Below are positions 45,864-53,818 of a stretch of 64,000 bases of DNA, piece after piece. This stretch comes from Minisyncoccota bacterium. Lineage in GTDB: Bacteria; Patescibacteriota; Minisyncoccia; UBA6257; 02-FULL-45-10c. The stretch is from contig JAQUPE010000002.1 in the NCBI GenBank assembly GCA_028716745.1, positions 29,819-93,818 on the forward strand. Reading direction: 5' to 3'. The position numbers were made by a program, and so were the translations under genes. Under the pieces are notes generated by a model, which was given only the letters and a program-made list of their open reading frames with translations, was not told the DNA's origin and did not search any database. Positions within the stretch are counted from its first letter, which is position 1. Each line of letters opens with the position of its first letter.

Positions 45864-46409
45864 TTAACTTAAAATATCCTTAATCTTTCCCTCCAATAAA
45901 TCGTCTATTTCTTTATTGGCCCTATCTACGATTTTTTGCACTTCTTCTTTTTTTCTGAAAGCCACATCCTCAGACAAAGCTCCGCCCTCTTCCGACATCT
46001 TAATTTCCCTGTTTATTTCGTCTCTCATGCCCCTAACTCTTATTTTTGTCTCCTCCGTAATTTTACGAATAACTTTTTCAAATTCTTTTTTTCTTTCATC
46101 AGTCAAAGAAGGCAAATTAATTCTTATTAAATTTCCTTCAACATTGGCAACAACTTTCAAATTAGAAGATTCCACAGCCTTGGCAACCGCGCTAACAGCC
46201 TCTCTGTCCCAGACATTTATATCTATTTCCCTTGGAAGAACAATGGAAATGGAACCAAGCGCCTTAATCGGCATTCTTTGTCCATAACAATCCACTTCTA
46301 TATCCTCCACCATTATTGGAGACGGACGGCTCCCCCGAATTGATTGAAATTCGGTTTTTAGAGACCCCGAAAGACCCTTTAATTTTGCTTCTAATTCTTT
46401 AGCTTCCAT
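45864..46409 (-). CDS. frr: ribosome recycling factor
   Basis: 181 aa with a typical RRF charged helical pattern (...IRVRGMRDEINREIK...). Confidence 0.9.
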   Translation of the reverse strand: MEAKELEAKLKGLSGSLKTEFQSIRGSRPSPIMVEDIEVDCYGQRMPIKALGSISIVLPREIDINVWDREAVSAVAKAVESSNLKVVANVEGNLIRINLPSLTDERKKEFEKVIRKITEETKIRVRGMRDEINREIKMSEEGGALSEDVAFRKKEEVQKIVDRANKEIDDLLEGKIKDILS

Positions 46410-46505
46410 AAACTAAAATTTAAGCGTGCAAACAAGCGGCAAAAAATGGACCACTATGGCCGCAAAAATCACCATTAATATTATCGAAAAGACCTTATCC
46501 ATAAT

Positions 46506-47339
46506 TTATATAATAGCCTCTATTTGAAGCCTCTTATTAGTATTATAACTCTTTATTAAAAATAATCTATTAAGGCACGATTTTAACATATCTAAATTCT
46601 TAATCGGATCCTTTCTTAGGCCGATTATCACAAATTCAAAGAAATAATCCAAAAATTTCGGATTTTCCTTCTGAATTTCAACTAAATCCTTTATAAATCT
46701 TGAACGGCCCGGGCTCTGAACATCCAAAAATTTTTCTGCGGATTTTTTAGCCTCAGCCATTAATGCATTTTCCAGCAAATCAACCGCCCTCCCCGCTCTG
46801 CCGCAAGAATCACCTGCCGCCTCGGCCGCTTTTTTCGCCCCCACGCCTCGGCTTTCAATTAAAAATTTTGCTATTTCTTCTTCGGAAGTTCGGCTAAAAT
46901 ATATTTTTTGCAAACGGGATAAAAGAGGCGGCAACAAATTTGCCGGCTGACTGGTAATTAAAATTATCAAAGCTCCCATGGGAGGCTCTTCGGCGATTTT
47001 TAAAATAGCGTTCTGCGCCTCCGGAGTTAATTTGTCTGCCTCATCAATAATTGCCATCCTCTTTGAAGAAAGCGCCGGTCTTTGCGATAAAAAAATCTTT
47101 GCCATTCTGGCAAGATCTATTCCTCCTCCTTCCCTATTTTTTTCGTTAATGGCTAATGAATCGCTTAAAATTCTTTCCGGCAAATCAAACTTTTTATTCT
47201 CCAAAAAATTAGCCAGGCTTCTGGCAAAAGTAAATTTTCCCACCTGCGGCTCTCCAAAAAAAATATAGCCGTGGGCCAGCTTTCCGCCCTCAGCCAATTT
47301 CTTAAAGTCTTCAATTAAATGCTGATTACCGATAAACAT
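46506..47339 (-). CDS. holB: DNA polymerase III delta-prime (clamp-loader AAA+ subunit)
   Basis: HGYIFFGEPQVGKFTFARSLA (P-loop-like), IIDEADKL (Walker B), SRP.LLPPLLSR. Confidence 0.7.
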   Translation of the reverse strand: MFIGNQHLIEDFKKLAEGGKLAHGYIFFGEPQVGKFTFARSLANFLENKKFDLPERILSDSLAINEKNREGGGIDLARMAKIFLSQRPALSSKRMAIIDEADKLTPEAQNAILKIAEEPPMGALIILITSQPANLLPPLLSRLQKIYFSRTSEEEIAKFLIESRGVGAKKAAEAAGDSCGRAGRAVDLLENALMAEAKKSAEKFLDVQSPGRSRFIKDLVEIQKENPKFLDYFFEFVIIGLRKDPIKNLDMLKSCLNRLFLIKSYNTNKRLQIEAII

Positions 47340-47359
47340 ACTATCAGTATATGGCCCAA

Positions 47360-48415
47360 CTATCTTTTATTCAAAAGAGTCCTCTTATAAACGTCTAAGT
47401 GGCTCAAAATCAAACCTGCCCCCTTGGCTACGCAAAAAAGCGGCTCTTCGGCTATATAAGTCTCCACGCCGGTTACTCTCCTGAAAAATTCATCTATGTC
47501 TCTAAGCTGCGCTCCTCCGCCGGAAACAATAATTCCCTTCTCCATTATGTCAGCCACGAGCTCTGGAGGTGTTTTATTAAAAACATCCTGAACCGAACTG
47601 GCAATATCCATAAGCAAGGGATTTAAAGCCTCGGCAACCTCATTAGAATTAACAATAATATCTTTAGGAAGCCCCGAAACTAAATCTCTACCCCTGATTC
47701 TGAATTCCAATTTTTCTTTTGAAGGCAGAGCCGCGCCAATTTCTATTTTTACTGTTTCTGCCATCTGCTCTCCGATAACGAGAGAATATTTTCTTTTCAT
47801 ATAATCCATCACGGCCTGGTCAAACTTATTTCCCGCTACCCGCAAGCTGGACCAAGAAACAATTCCTCCCAAGGAAACTACAGCCACCTCAGAGGTTCCG
47901 CCGCCGATATTTATAATCATATTTCCAGAATAAGCATTTATCGGTATACCCGCTCCTAAAGCAGCTAAAATTGGCTCCTTTACGATATAAGCCTCCTTTG
48001 CGCCGGCCTCTCTGGCTGCATTAACAACCGCGCGCCTTTCGGTTTGGGTAATTCCTGCCGGAACGGAAATAACTACGTCCGGTTTAAAAATATTAAAACG
48101 GCTATTGGCTTTTGAAATAAAATATTTCAGCATCGCCTTTGTAATATAATAATCGGCGATAACTCCATCCTTCAGCGGACGATAAGCCATGATGTCATCA
48201 GGGGTTCGTCCAATCATTTCTTTTGCCTCTCTGCCTACCGCCAAAACTTCATTGCCGGGCAAACTCAAAGCAACGATTGTCGGCTCGTTGATAATAAATC
48301 CCTTACCCGGAACAAAAACTATTGTATTGGCTGTTCCTAAATCAATGCCTATCTTTTTAGTAAACATGGTATTTAAACTTCCACTAATTTTATACATTTT
48401 TAGAGCGAGTGTCAA
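47360..48415 (-). CDS. second MreB/Mbl-like actin homologue (possible start at internal MFTKKIGIDLG, 48367)
   Basis: IGIDLGTANTIVFV...NIGGGTSE. Confidence 0.85.
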   Translation of the reverse strand: MTLALKMYKISGSLNTMFTKKIGIDLGTANTIVFVPGKGFIINEPTIVALSLPGNEVLAVGREAKEMIGRTPDDIMAYRPLKDGVIADYYITKAMLKYFISKANSRFNIFKPDVVISVPAGITQTERRAVVNAAREAGAKEAYIVKEPILAALGAGIPINAYSGNMIINIGGGTSEVAVVSLGGIVSWSSLRVAGNKFDQAVMDYMKRKYSLVIGEQMAETVKIEIGAALPSKEKLEFRIRGRDLVSGLPKDIIVNSNEVAEALNPLLMDIASSVQDVFNKTPPELVADIMEKGIIVSGGGAQLRDIDEFFRRVTGVETYIAEEPLFCVAKGAGLILSHLDVYKRTLLNKR

Positions 48416-48489
48416 AAATCGGCATTAAAGCAAAAACTGCCCTAAAAACTCCATTTGATAATAAATCTCTTTTAAATTATAAATAAGCT

Positions 48490-49830
48490 ATGACTATAAA
48501 AGTGCGAAAAATGCTCCTTTCACTATTTGTAATTCTTTTCTTGATTTTAGGAGGAGTTCTTATTTTATATTCCAATGGATGGATTTTTGATTTTGGGACT
48601 TTAAAATTCAGCCGCCTTGGAGCTGTTTATATTGAAACAGAAACCGATAATTTTCAGATGAAAATCGGAAAAAACGAGATAAATATAAACCCGGGACTTT
48701 TTCAAAACGGCGTTCTCGTTGCCAATCTTGTTCCAAAAAATTACAGGCTGGAAATCACAAAAGAAAATTATCAAAGCTGGACTAAAGATATAAGAGTAAA
48801 ACCTTCGCTGGTCGTCAGAACTTATCCAATCGTTCTTTTCCCTAACAAATGGGTACCGGAAGAAATATATAAAAATACTTCCGATTTTAATATAGGCTCT
48901 AGATATATATTCAGAAAAACATTGTCCGGAAAATTAATGATTAATAATACGGCTTCCAACGGCGATGAGTTTATTGATTGGCTTTATGGAGGAAGTCTTG
49001 CCCTAACCAAAGATACGGCTAAAAACGTTTATTTTGTAATAAATCCTAAACAAAAAAACACCGCTCTTAATATAAATCTCATTTTTAATAACTTAAAAGA
49101 AGGTATTTCTATGCGCGACTCCGACAATAATCCTAAAATAATCCCTCACCCCTATGACGGGAACAAGCTGATAGTAAGCACCATTAACCGCATCTATATG
49201 ATAGATATAGCCAGATTTACTATTCAAACTATCTCTAAAGAACCGGGCTCTATTATCTTGGCAAAGAATAAAAAGCTGTTTTTAATGAAAAAATCGGGAA
49301 TTTATTCGCTGGATCTTTCTTCAAAAACCGAAAAGCTTATTACTGCCGAAATAGCCGAAAAACCGGAATTAGCCGACCTTTCTCCAGATTCAGAAACTCT
49401 GGCATTATTGGCCGGGAAAAAATTGTTCTTAATAAATCTTGCCGAACCTAAAGTGAGCCAAGCCGCCTCCTCGGTATCCTATTTTAAATTTTCTCCAGAC
49501 GGAGAAAAGATCGCCTTTCTAGAAAATAATAATCTTATAAAAATATTATTCTTAAAAGACCAGGCAAAAGTAGTCCCTCAAAAATCAGGAGCCATTTGCT
49601 CTCTTGGGGCATATTCTTTGGAGCAAGATCATCCGTTCGAATGGTATCATAATTCTGCTTATTTGCTGACAAAACATTCAAACAAACTTCATCTTTTAGA
49701 AATTGACGATAGATCGCTGATAAATCAGCAAGATATAAATATAGATCTCGGAAAATATTTTTATGATGACGAAGATAATTACGTTTATTTCATCTCTTCC
49801 GGAAGCTTAAATAAAATCCAGTTTGATTAA
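48490..49830 (+). CDS. hypothetical membrane-anchored protein with a PEGA-like beta-sandwich segment and a beta-rich C-terminal region
   Basis: N-terminal TM; segment AVYIETETDNFQMKIGKNEI...NYRLEITKENYQSWTKDIRV resembles the PEGA pattern. Tentative. Confidence 0.45.
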   Translation: MTIKVRKMLLSLFVILFLILGGVLILYSNGWIFDFGTLKFSRLGAVYIETETDNFQMKIGKNEININPGLFQNGVLVANLVPKNYRLEITKENYQSWTKDIRVKPSLVVRTYPIVLFPNKWVPEEIYKNTSDFNIGSRYIFRKTLSGKLMINNTASNGDEFIDWLYGGSLALTKDTAKNVYFVINPKQKNTALNINLIFNNLKEGISMRDSDNNPKIIPHPYDGNKLIVSTINRIYMIDIARFTIQTISKEPGSIILAKNKKLFLMKKSGIYSLDLSSKTEKLITAEIAEKPELADLSPDSETLALLAGKKLFLINLAEPKVSQAASSVSYFKFSPDGEKIAFLENNNLIKILFLKDQAKVVPQKSGAICSLGAYSLEQDHPFEWYHNSAYLLTKHSNKLHLLEIDDRSLINQQDINIDLGKYFYDDEDNYVYFISSGSLNKIQFD

Positions 49831-49835
49831 AAATA

Positions 49836-49866
49836 AAATGCCACGGATATAATCCGTGGCATTTTT
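49836..49866. terminator. bidirectional intrinsic terminator
   Basis: atgccacggat-ataa-tccgtggcat hairpin flanked by A-run and T-run. Confidence 0.65.
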
Positions 49867-49899
49867 CTTTATTCTCCAAAAATGAGGTTATATTGTTTT

Positions 49900-49995
49900 C
49901 GATAACCCGTGAGTCGTTTCGGCATGGTGTCCGACTGCGGTCGGACCGAAACGACGAGCAATAGCGAGCGAATCGCTGGATTCGCGAAGCGGGTT
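49900..49995. other. GC-rich nested-hairpin element downstream of rpsI (possible 3' UTR structure or small ncRNA)
   Basis: gtcgtttcgg...ccgaaacgac (10 bp) encloses gtccgac-tgcg-gtcggac (7 bp). A further stem is cgaatc-gctg-gattcg. Markedly GC-rich in an AT-rich context. Confidence 0.3.
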
Positions 49996-50015
49996 GAGAA
50001 AATAATGTAACCGAA

Positions 50016-50474
50016 TTACCTTTTGGCCCATTGAGGAGCACGGCGCGCTTTTCTCAAGCCGTACTTCTTTCTTTCAACCATTCTGGAATCGCGGGTCAAA
50101 TAACCCATCTTTCTCAAGCGCTTTCTTAATTCTTCATCAAACTTAACCAACGCCCTGGCCATTCCCATGCGTATTGCGCCTGCCTGTCCGGATAATCCTC
50201 CGCCATTAACCATTACGGTAACGCCGAATTTTTCCGCTCCCTTGGCAACATCCAAAGAAGACAAAACTATTTCCTGCTCCTTTTGGCCTTTAAAATATTC
50301 CTTAAAATCCTTTCCGTTTATGGTAAATCCGGTATGTCCGGCTGTTATTCTTACCCTGGCGGTAGAAGTTTTTCTGCGTCCTATTCCTTCAATATATCTT
50401 TTCTTTGACTGATCTTTTTTATCTTTGGAAGCTGGGCTCGCTGCGCCTACGGCTTCTTTTTTGGTCTTTGGCAT
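50016..50474 (-). CDS. rpsI: 30S ribosomal protein S9 with a ~25-aa Lys-rich N-terminal extension
   Basis: ...GRRKTSTARV...KKYGLRKARRAPQWAKR. Confidence 0.9.
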   Translation of the reverse strand: MPKTKKEAVGAASPASKDKKDQSKKRYIEGIGRRKTSTARVRITAGHTGFTINGKDFKEYFKGQKEQEIVLSSLDVAKGAEKFGVTVMVNGGGLSGQAGAIRMGMARALVKFDEELRKRLRKMGYLTRDSRMVERKKYGLRKARRAPQWAKR

Positions 50475-50478
50475 AATT

Positions 50479-50820
50479 TTATTTTTCTATTATTAATCTC
50501 CTCATTCTTTTCGCCCTTAAAAAATTCTTAGGAAGCATCCTCTCAACGGCCAGCTGCAAAACCTTTGCCGGAGATTTCTCAAACATTTCCTTAAGCTTTG
50601 TTTCCTTTAAATGGCCCATATATCCCGTATGCCTATAATAAATCTTTTTGGTTTCCTTTCCTCCGGAAAACTGAAGCTGATCAACATTTTTCACAGTCAC
50701 AGTGCCCTCTCCGGCTAATCTCGGATTATAATGAGGATTTTTCTTCCCCTGCAAAATAACCGCTATTTCAGAGGCTACTCTTCCCAGTCTTTTGCTTTTA
50801 GCGTCGATTATATAATCCAT
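50479..50820 (-). CDS. rplM: 50S ribosomal protein L13
   Basis: Typical L13 N-terminal pattern (IDA...LGRVAS.IA..L.GK). Confidence 0.9.
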   Translation of the reverse strand: MDYIIDAKSKRLGRVASEIAVILQGKKNPHYNPRLAGEGTVTVKNVDQLQFSGGKETKKIYYRHTGYMGHLKETKLKEMFEKSPAKVLQLAVERMLPKNFLRAKRMRRLIIEK

Positions 50821-50824
50821 AAAT

Positions 50825-51157
50825 CTATACGAATTCTATTAATGCTTTTTTCGCAGCATCGCGCTTGCGAACTCCAAAAATCTTGATGACTCTAAGCTGA
50901 CCGGAGCTTCTCTCTTTGTATTTAGGACCGATAGTATAAAAAAGCTTATTAGCCGCATCTTTTGGCAAACGAGCAAGCAATGTCCTATGAGCCGCAAGAG
51001 TATTTTTTCTGGCAACAGAAACAAGCTTTTCAAGAAAAGATTTTAATTCCTTTGCCCTGGCCTCCGTAGTCACAACTTTCTCTTTCATTATTAAATTGTG
51101 GGCCATGACTTTCATAAAAGACTTTCTCGGCCCTTTCGTTCTGTGAAACTTTCTCAT
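50825..51157 (-). CDS. rplQ: 50S ribosomal protein L17
   Basis: MRKFHRTKGPRKSFMKVMAHNL, the L17 signature. Confidence 0.9.
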   Translation of the reverse strand: MRKFHRTKGPRKSFMKVMAHNLIMKEKVVTTEARAKELKSFLEKLVSVARKNTLAAHRTLLARLPKDAANKLFYTIGPKYKERSSGQLRVIKIFGVRKRDAAKKALIEFV

Positions 51158-51159
51158 TT

Positions 51160-51924
51160 TTATTTCTTTGTTTTCTTTTTGGTTTTTGTTTTAGCAGCCT
51201 TCTTTTCTTCTTCTGGCGCTGCAATTTCTTTAACTTCTACTTTAGAAATTTTCTCAAAATGATCATATAAAATATGGCTGGACTTGTGCAAGGCATGAGA
51301 CGGCGTAATGCTTCCGTCTGTTTTTATTTCCAATTTCAAACGATTGTAATCGGTCCTGTCTCCTACGCGCATATTTTCCACCGAAAAATTAACTTTTATA
51401 ACGGGAGAGAAAAATGCGTCAAGCGCAACAGTTCCTATAGATAATTTTTCCGATTTTCTTTCTTCTACCGGAACATATCCCAAGCCGGTTTCCACCTTAA
51501 ATTCCATATCTAATTCCGCTCCTTTAGTCGTCAAAGTAGCGATATGAACATCAGGAGTAATTACTTCAATCTCCGCATTAGTTTCTATATCGGCGGCCGT
51601 AACCTCTCTTTCTCCCTTAACTTTCAGGGTTAAAGTCTGCGCCTCCTTAGAATGAATTCTAAATCTTATTTTCTTTAAATTAAGGCTGATTTCCACTACG
51701 TCCTCCATAACATCCGGCACTGTAGAAAATTCATGATTGATACCCTTAATTTTAAACTGAGTAATAACCGCTCCAGGCAAAGAAGAAAGCAATGTTCTCC
51801 TTAAAGCATTTCCGACGGTTAATCCATAACCGCTGTAAAGTCCTTCTATTTCAAAAACGCCGTCTGTTTCGGTTTCTGAAACTTTTTTAATTCCTACTGA
51901 CTCACTTAAATAAGCAAATTCCAT
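51160..51924 (-). CDS. rpoA: RNA polymerase alpha subunit: N-terminal domain only, with a Lys-rich tail instead of the alpha-CTD
   Basis: GNALRRTLLSS motif and alpha-NTD length. The protein is 254 aa ending KKAAKTKTKKKTKK. The typical ~330-aa alpha carries an additional ~80-aa CTD that is not seen here. Confidence 0.85.
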   Translation of the reverse strand: MEFAYLSESVGIKKVSETETDGVFEIEGLYSGYGLTVGNALRRTLLSSLPGAVITQFKIKGINHEFSTVPDVMEDVVEISLNLKKIRFRIHSKEAQTLTLKVKGEREVTAADIETNAEIEVITPDVHIATLTTKGAELDMEFKVETGLGYVPVEERKSEKLSIGTVALDAFFSPVIKVNFSVENMRVGDRTDYNRLKLEIKTDGSITPSHALHKSSHILYDHFEKISKVEVKEIAAPEEEKKAAKTKTKKKTKK

Positions 51925-51949
51925 ATTTTTTATTTAAATTAATTTAATT

Positions 51950-52567
51950 TTATTGTTTTGAATAATAATCGACGACCATATTAATATCGAAAGGCATTTC
52001 AAATTCTTTAGGCAAATCAACAATTTTGCCTTCAAATTTGTCATTATCAAGAAGAATCCATACCGGAGTTTCTTGCTTCTTCATTGTAGCATTTAAATCC
52101 TTAAAAACCGGATTATCTTTAGATTGAGGCCTTATAGAAATTTTATCTCCTACTTTAACGGAAAAAGACGGTATAGTTACCTTCTTTCCGTTTACCATAA
52201 TATGGCCATGGCCAACCAGCTGTCTTGCAACAGACCTGGACGAAGCCAAACCGAGACGAAATACCACGTTGTCCAATCTTCTTTCTAACAGCTGCAAAAT
52301 AACATCTCCCGTTACGCCAGGATTTTTGGAAGCCTCCCAAAATAACCTCTTCATCTGAGATTCTCTTAAGCCGTAGCTAAATCTTATTTTTTGTTTTTCA
52401 GCCAATTGCTGGCCATATTCGGAAAGAGTCCTTCTCCTTCCCTTCCCATGCTGGCCTGGACGCTGCGGACGCCTGATGGTAACGCATTTCGGAGAATTAC
52501 AACGAGTGCCCTTCAAAAAAAGCTTTACTCCTAATGATCTTTCTTTTTTTTCTCTTGTATCAAACAT
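51950..52567 (-). CDS. rpsD: 30S ribosomal protein S4
   Basis: Zn-ribbon-like N-terminus, an S4 domain and a GQHG.GRR stretch. Confidence 0.9.
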   Translation of the reverse strand: MFDTREKKERSLGVKLFLKGTRCNSPKCVTIRRPQRPGQHGKGRRRTLSEYGQQLAEKQKIRFSYGLRESQMKRLFWEASKNPGVTGDVILQLLERRLDNVVFRLGLASSRSVARQLVGHGHIMVNGKKVTIPSFSVKVGDKISIRPQSKDNPVFKDLNATMKKQETPVWILLDNDKFEGKIVDLPKEFEMPFDINMVVDYYSKQ

Positions 52568-52573
52568 AAAAAA

Positions 52574-53005
52574 TTAAACTCTTCTTATTTTTTTAGGCTT
52601 CGGACCATTATGAGGAATCGGCGTAATGTCGCTGACTGATAAAATATTAAATCCCTGATTAGCCAAAGAACGGATGGCCGAATCTCTGCCGCTGCTCACG
52701 CCATTTACATAAACATCGATATCCATCGGTCCGGTTTTCTTTAATTTTTCCGCTAAAGCCGTAACTACCTTTGAGGCTGCAAAAGGAGTCGCCTTTTTAG
52801 GTCCGGCGAATCCAAGAGATCCCGCCGAAGCCCAAGCAACCAAATTACCCTTATCATCAGTTACCGAAATAAGCGTATTGTTATACGAAGATTTGATATA
52901 AACTCTTCCTTTATCTATTCTCTTTGCAGACTTGGAAGATTTGGCCGGAGCAGCCTCTTTCAAATTTTCGTCTTGAGTTTTTTGCGCTACTTTTACTTTT
53001 CCCAT
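52574..53005 (-). CDS. rpsK: 30S ribosomal protein S11 with an N-terminal extension
   Basis: ...NNTLISVTD..GN...W.SAG..GF.G.KK.TPFAA.... Confidence 0.9.
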   Translation of the reverse strand: MGKVKVAQKTQDENLKEAAPAKSSKSAKRIDKGRVYIKSSYNNTLISVTDDKGNLVAWASAGSLGFAGPKKATPFAASKVVTALAEKLKKTGPMDIDVYVNGVSSGRDSAIRSLANQGFNILSVSDITPIPHNGPKPKKIRRV

Positions 53006-53009
53006 AATT

Positions 53010-53393
53010 TTATTTCAATTCAGTTTTTCTCTTACCGCTTCCGGCTGTCTTTCTGACGTTGCCGCGAATAGTTCTAGAATTAGTTTTGGTTCTCTGACCG
53101 CGAACCGGCAAACGCCTCATATGGCGATTACCCCTATATGTCTGCATGTCCTTTAATAAATTGATGTTCTGTTTTATTATCTGCCTCAATTCTCCTTCCA
53201 CTTTATAATTTTTTTCTATAAACTCTTTCAATTTTCCAATTTCATCCTGAGTCAGCTGGCTGGCTTTTTTTCCCAAATCTATTCCTGTTTTTATTAAAAT
53301 GTGGCGCGCCAAAGACGGGCCTACTCCGTAGATATATCTTAAGGATACGTCTATCCTTTTATTGTCCGGTATGTTTATTCCTACGATTCTCAT
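53010..53393 (-). CDS. rpsM: 30S ribosomal protein S13
   Basis: MRIVGINIPDNKRIDVSLRYIYGVG. Confidence 0.9.
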   Translation of the reverse strand: MRIVGINIPDNKRIDVSLRYIYGVGPSLARHILIKTGIDLGKKASQLTQDEIGKLKEFIEKNYKVEGELRQIIKQNINLLKDMQTYRGNRHMRRLPVRGQRTKTNSRTIRGNVRKTAGSGKRKTELK

Positions 53394-53395
53394 TT

Positions 53396-53509
53396 TTAGC
53401 CTTGCCTTTGTTTATGTTTAATTATTTTACAAATAATATAAAGCCGTCCTTTTCTTCTGACGACTTTACAATTTTTACAAATTTTTTTAACTGAAGATCT
53501 TACTTTCAT
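53396..53509 (-). CDS. rpmJ: 50S ribosomal protein L36 (37 aa), absent from the ORF track
   Basis: Manual minus-strand translation gives [37 protein letters not shown]. This carries the C-x2-C...C...H zinc ribbon and lies in the canonical slot between infA and rpsM. Confidence 0.85.
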   Translation of the reverse strand: MKVRSSVKKICKNCKVVRRKGRLYIICKIIKHKQRQG

Positions 53510-53569
53510 TTTCTTAAATGACTATTAAGAGTAGCAAAACTTGCGCCTAAGCGCAAATTTCAAAAAATC

Positions 53570-53779
53570 CTACAATCTCCTGATTATCCTGCCTTTAGTT
53601 TCATCATAAGAACTGACTTCCATAGTAACTCTGTCTCCTGGCAAAATCTTTATATAATGCATCCTCATTTTGCCAGCAAGATGAGCCAAAACGGTTTTGT
53701 CTCCGCATTTAACCCTAAAAGTTGTTCCCGGAAGAGCTTCTTCAACTATTCCTTCCACCTTCTTAACCGATTCATTCAT
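53570..53779 (-). CDS. infA: translation initiation factor IF-1
   Basis: 69-aa S1-like OB fold: G.V.E.LP...FRV.......LAH..GKMR...I.ILPGD.V..E.S.YD...GRI..R. Confidence 0.9.
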   Translation of the reverse strand: MNESVKKVEGIVEEALPGTTFRVKCGDKTVLAHLAGKMRMHYIKILPGDRVTMEVSSYDETKGRIIRRL

Positions 53780-53818
53780 AAAAATAGGATAAGTAAAAAT
53801 ATAACATAGCTCCCCAGC

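Noticed and set aside
49790-50041. 83-aa ORF on the minus strand downstream of rpsI
   Set aside because: It overlaps the rpsI 3' end and spans a terminator and a GC-rich hairpin element with no RBS. It is more likely a non-coding structured region.
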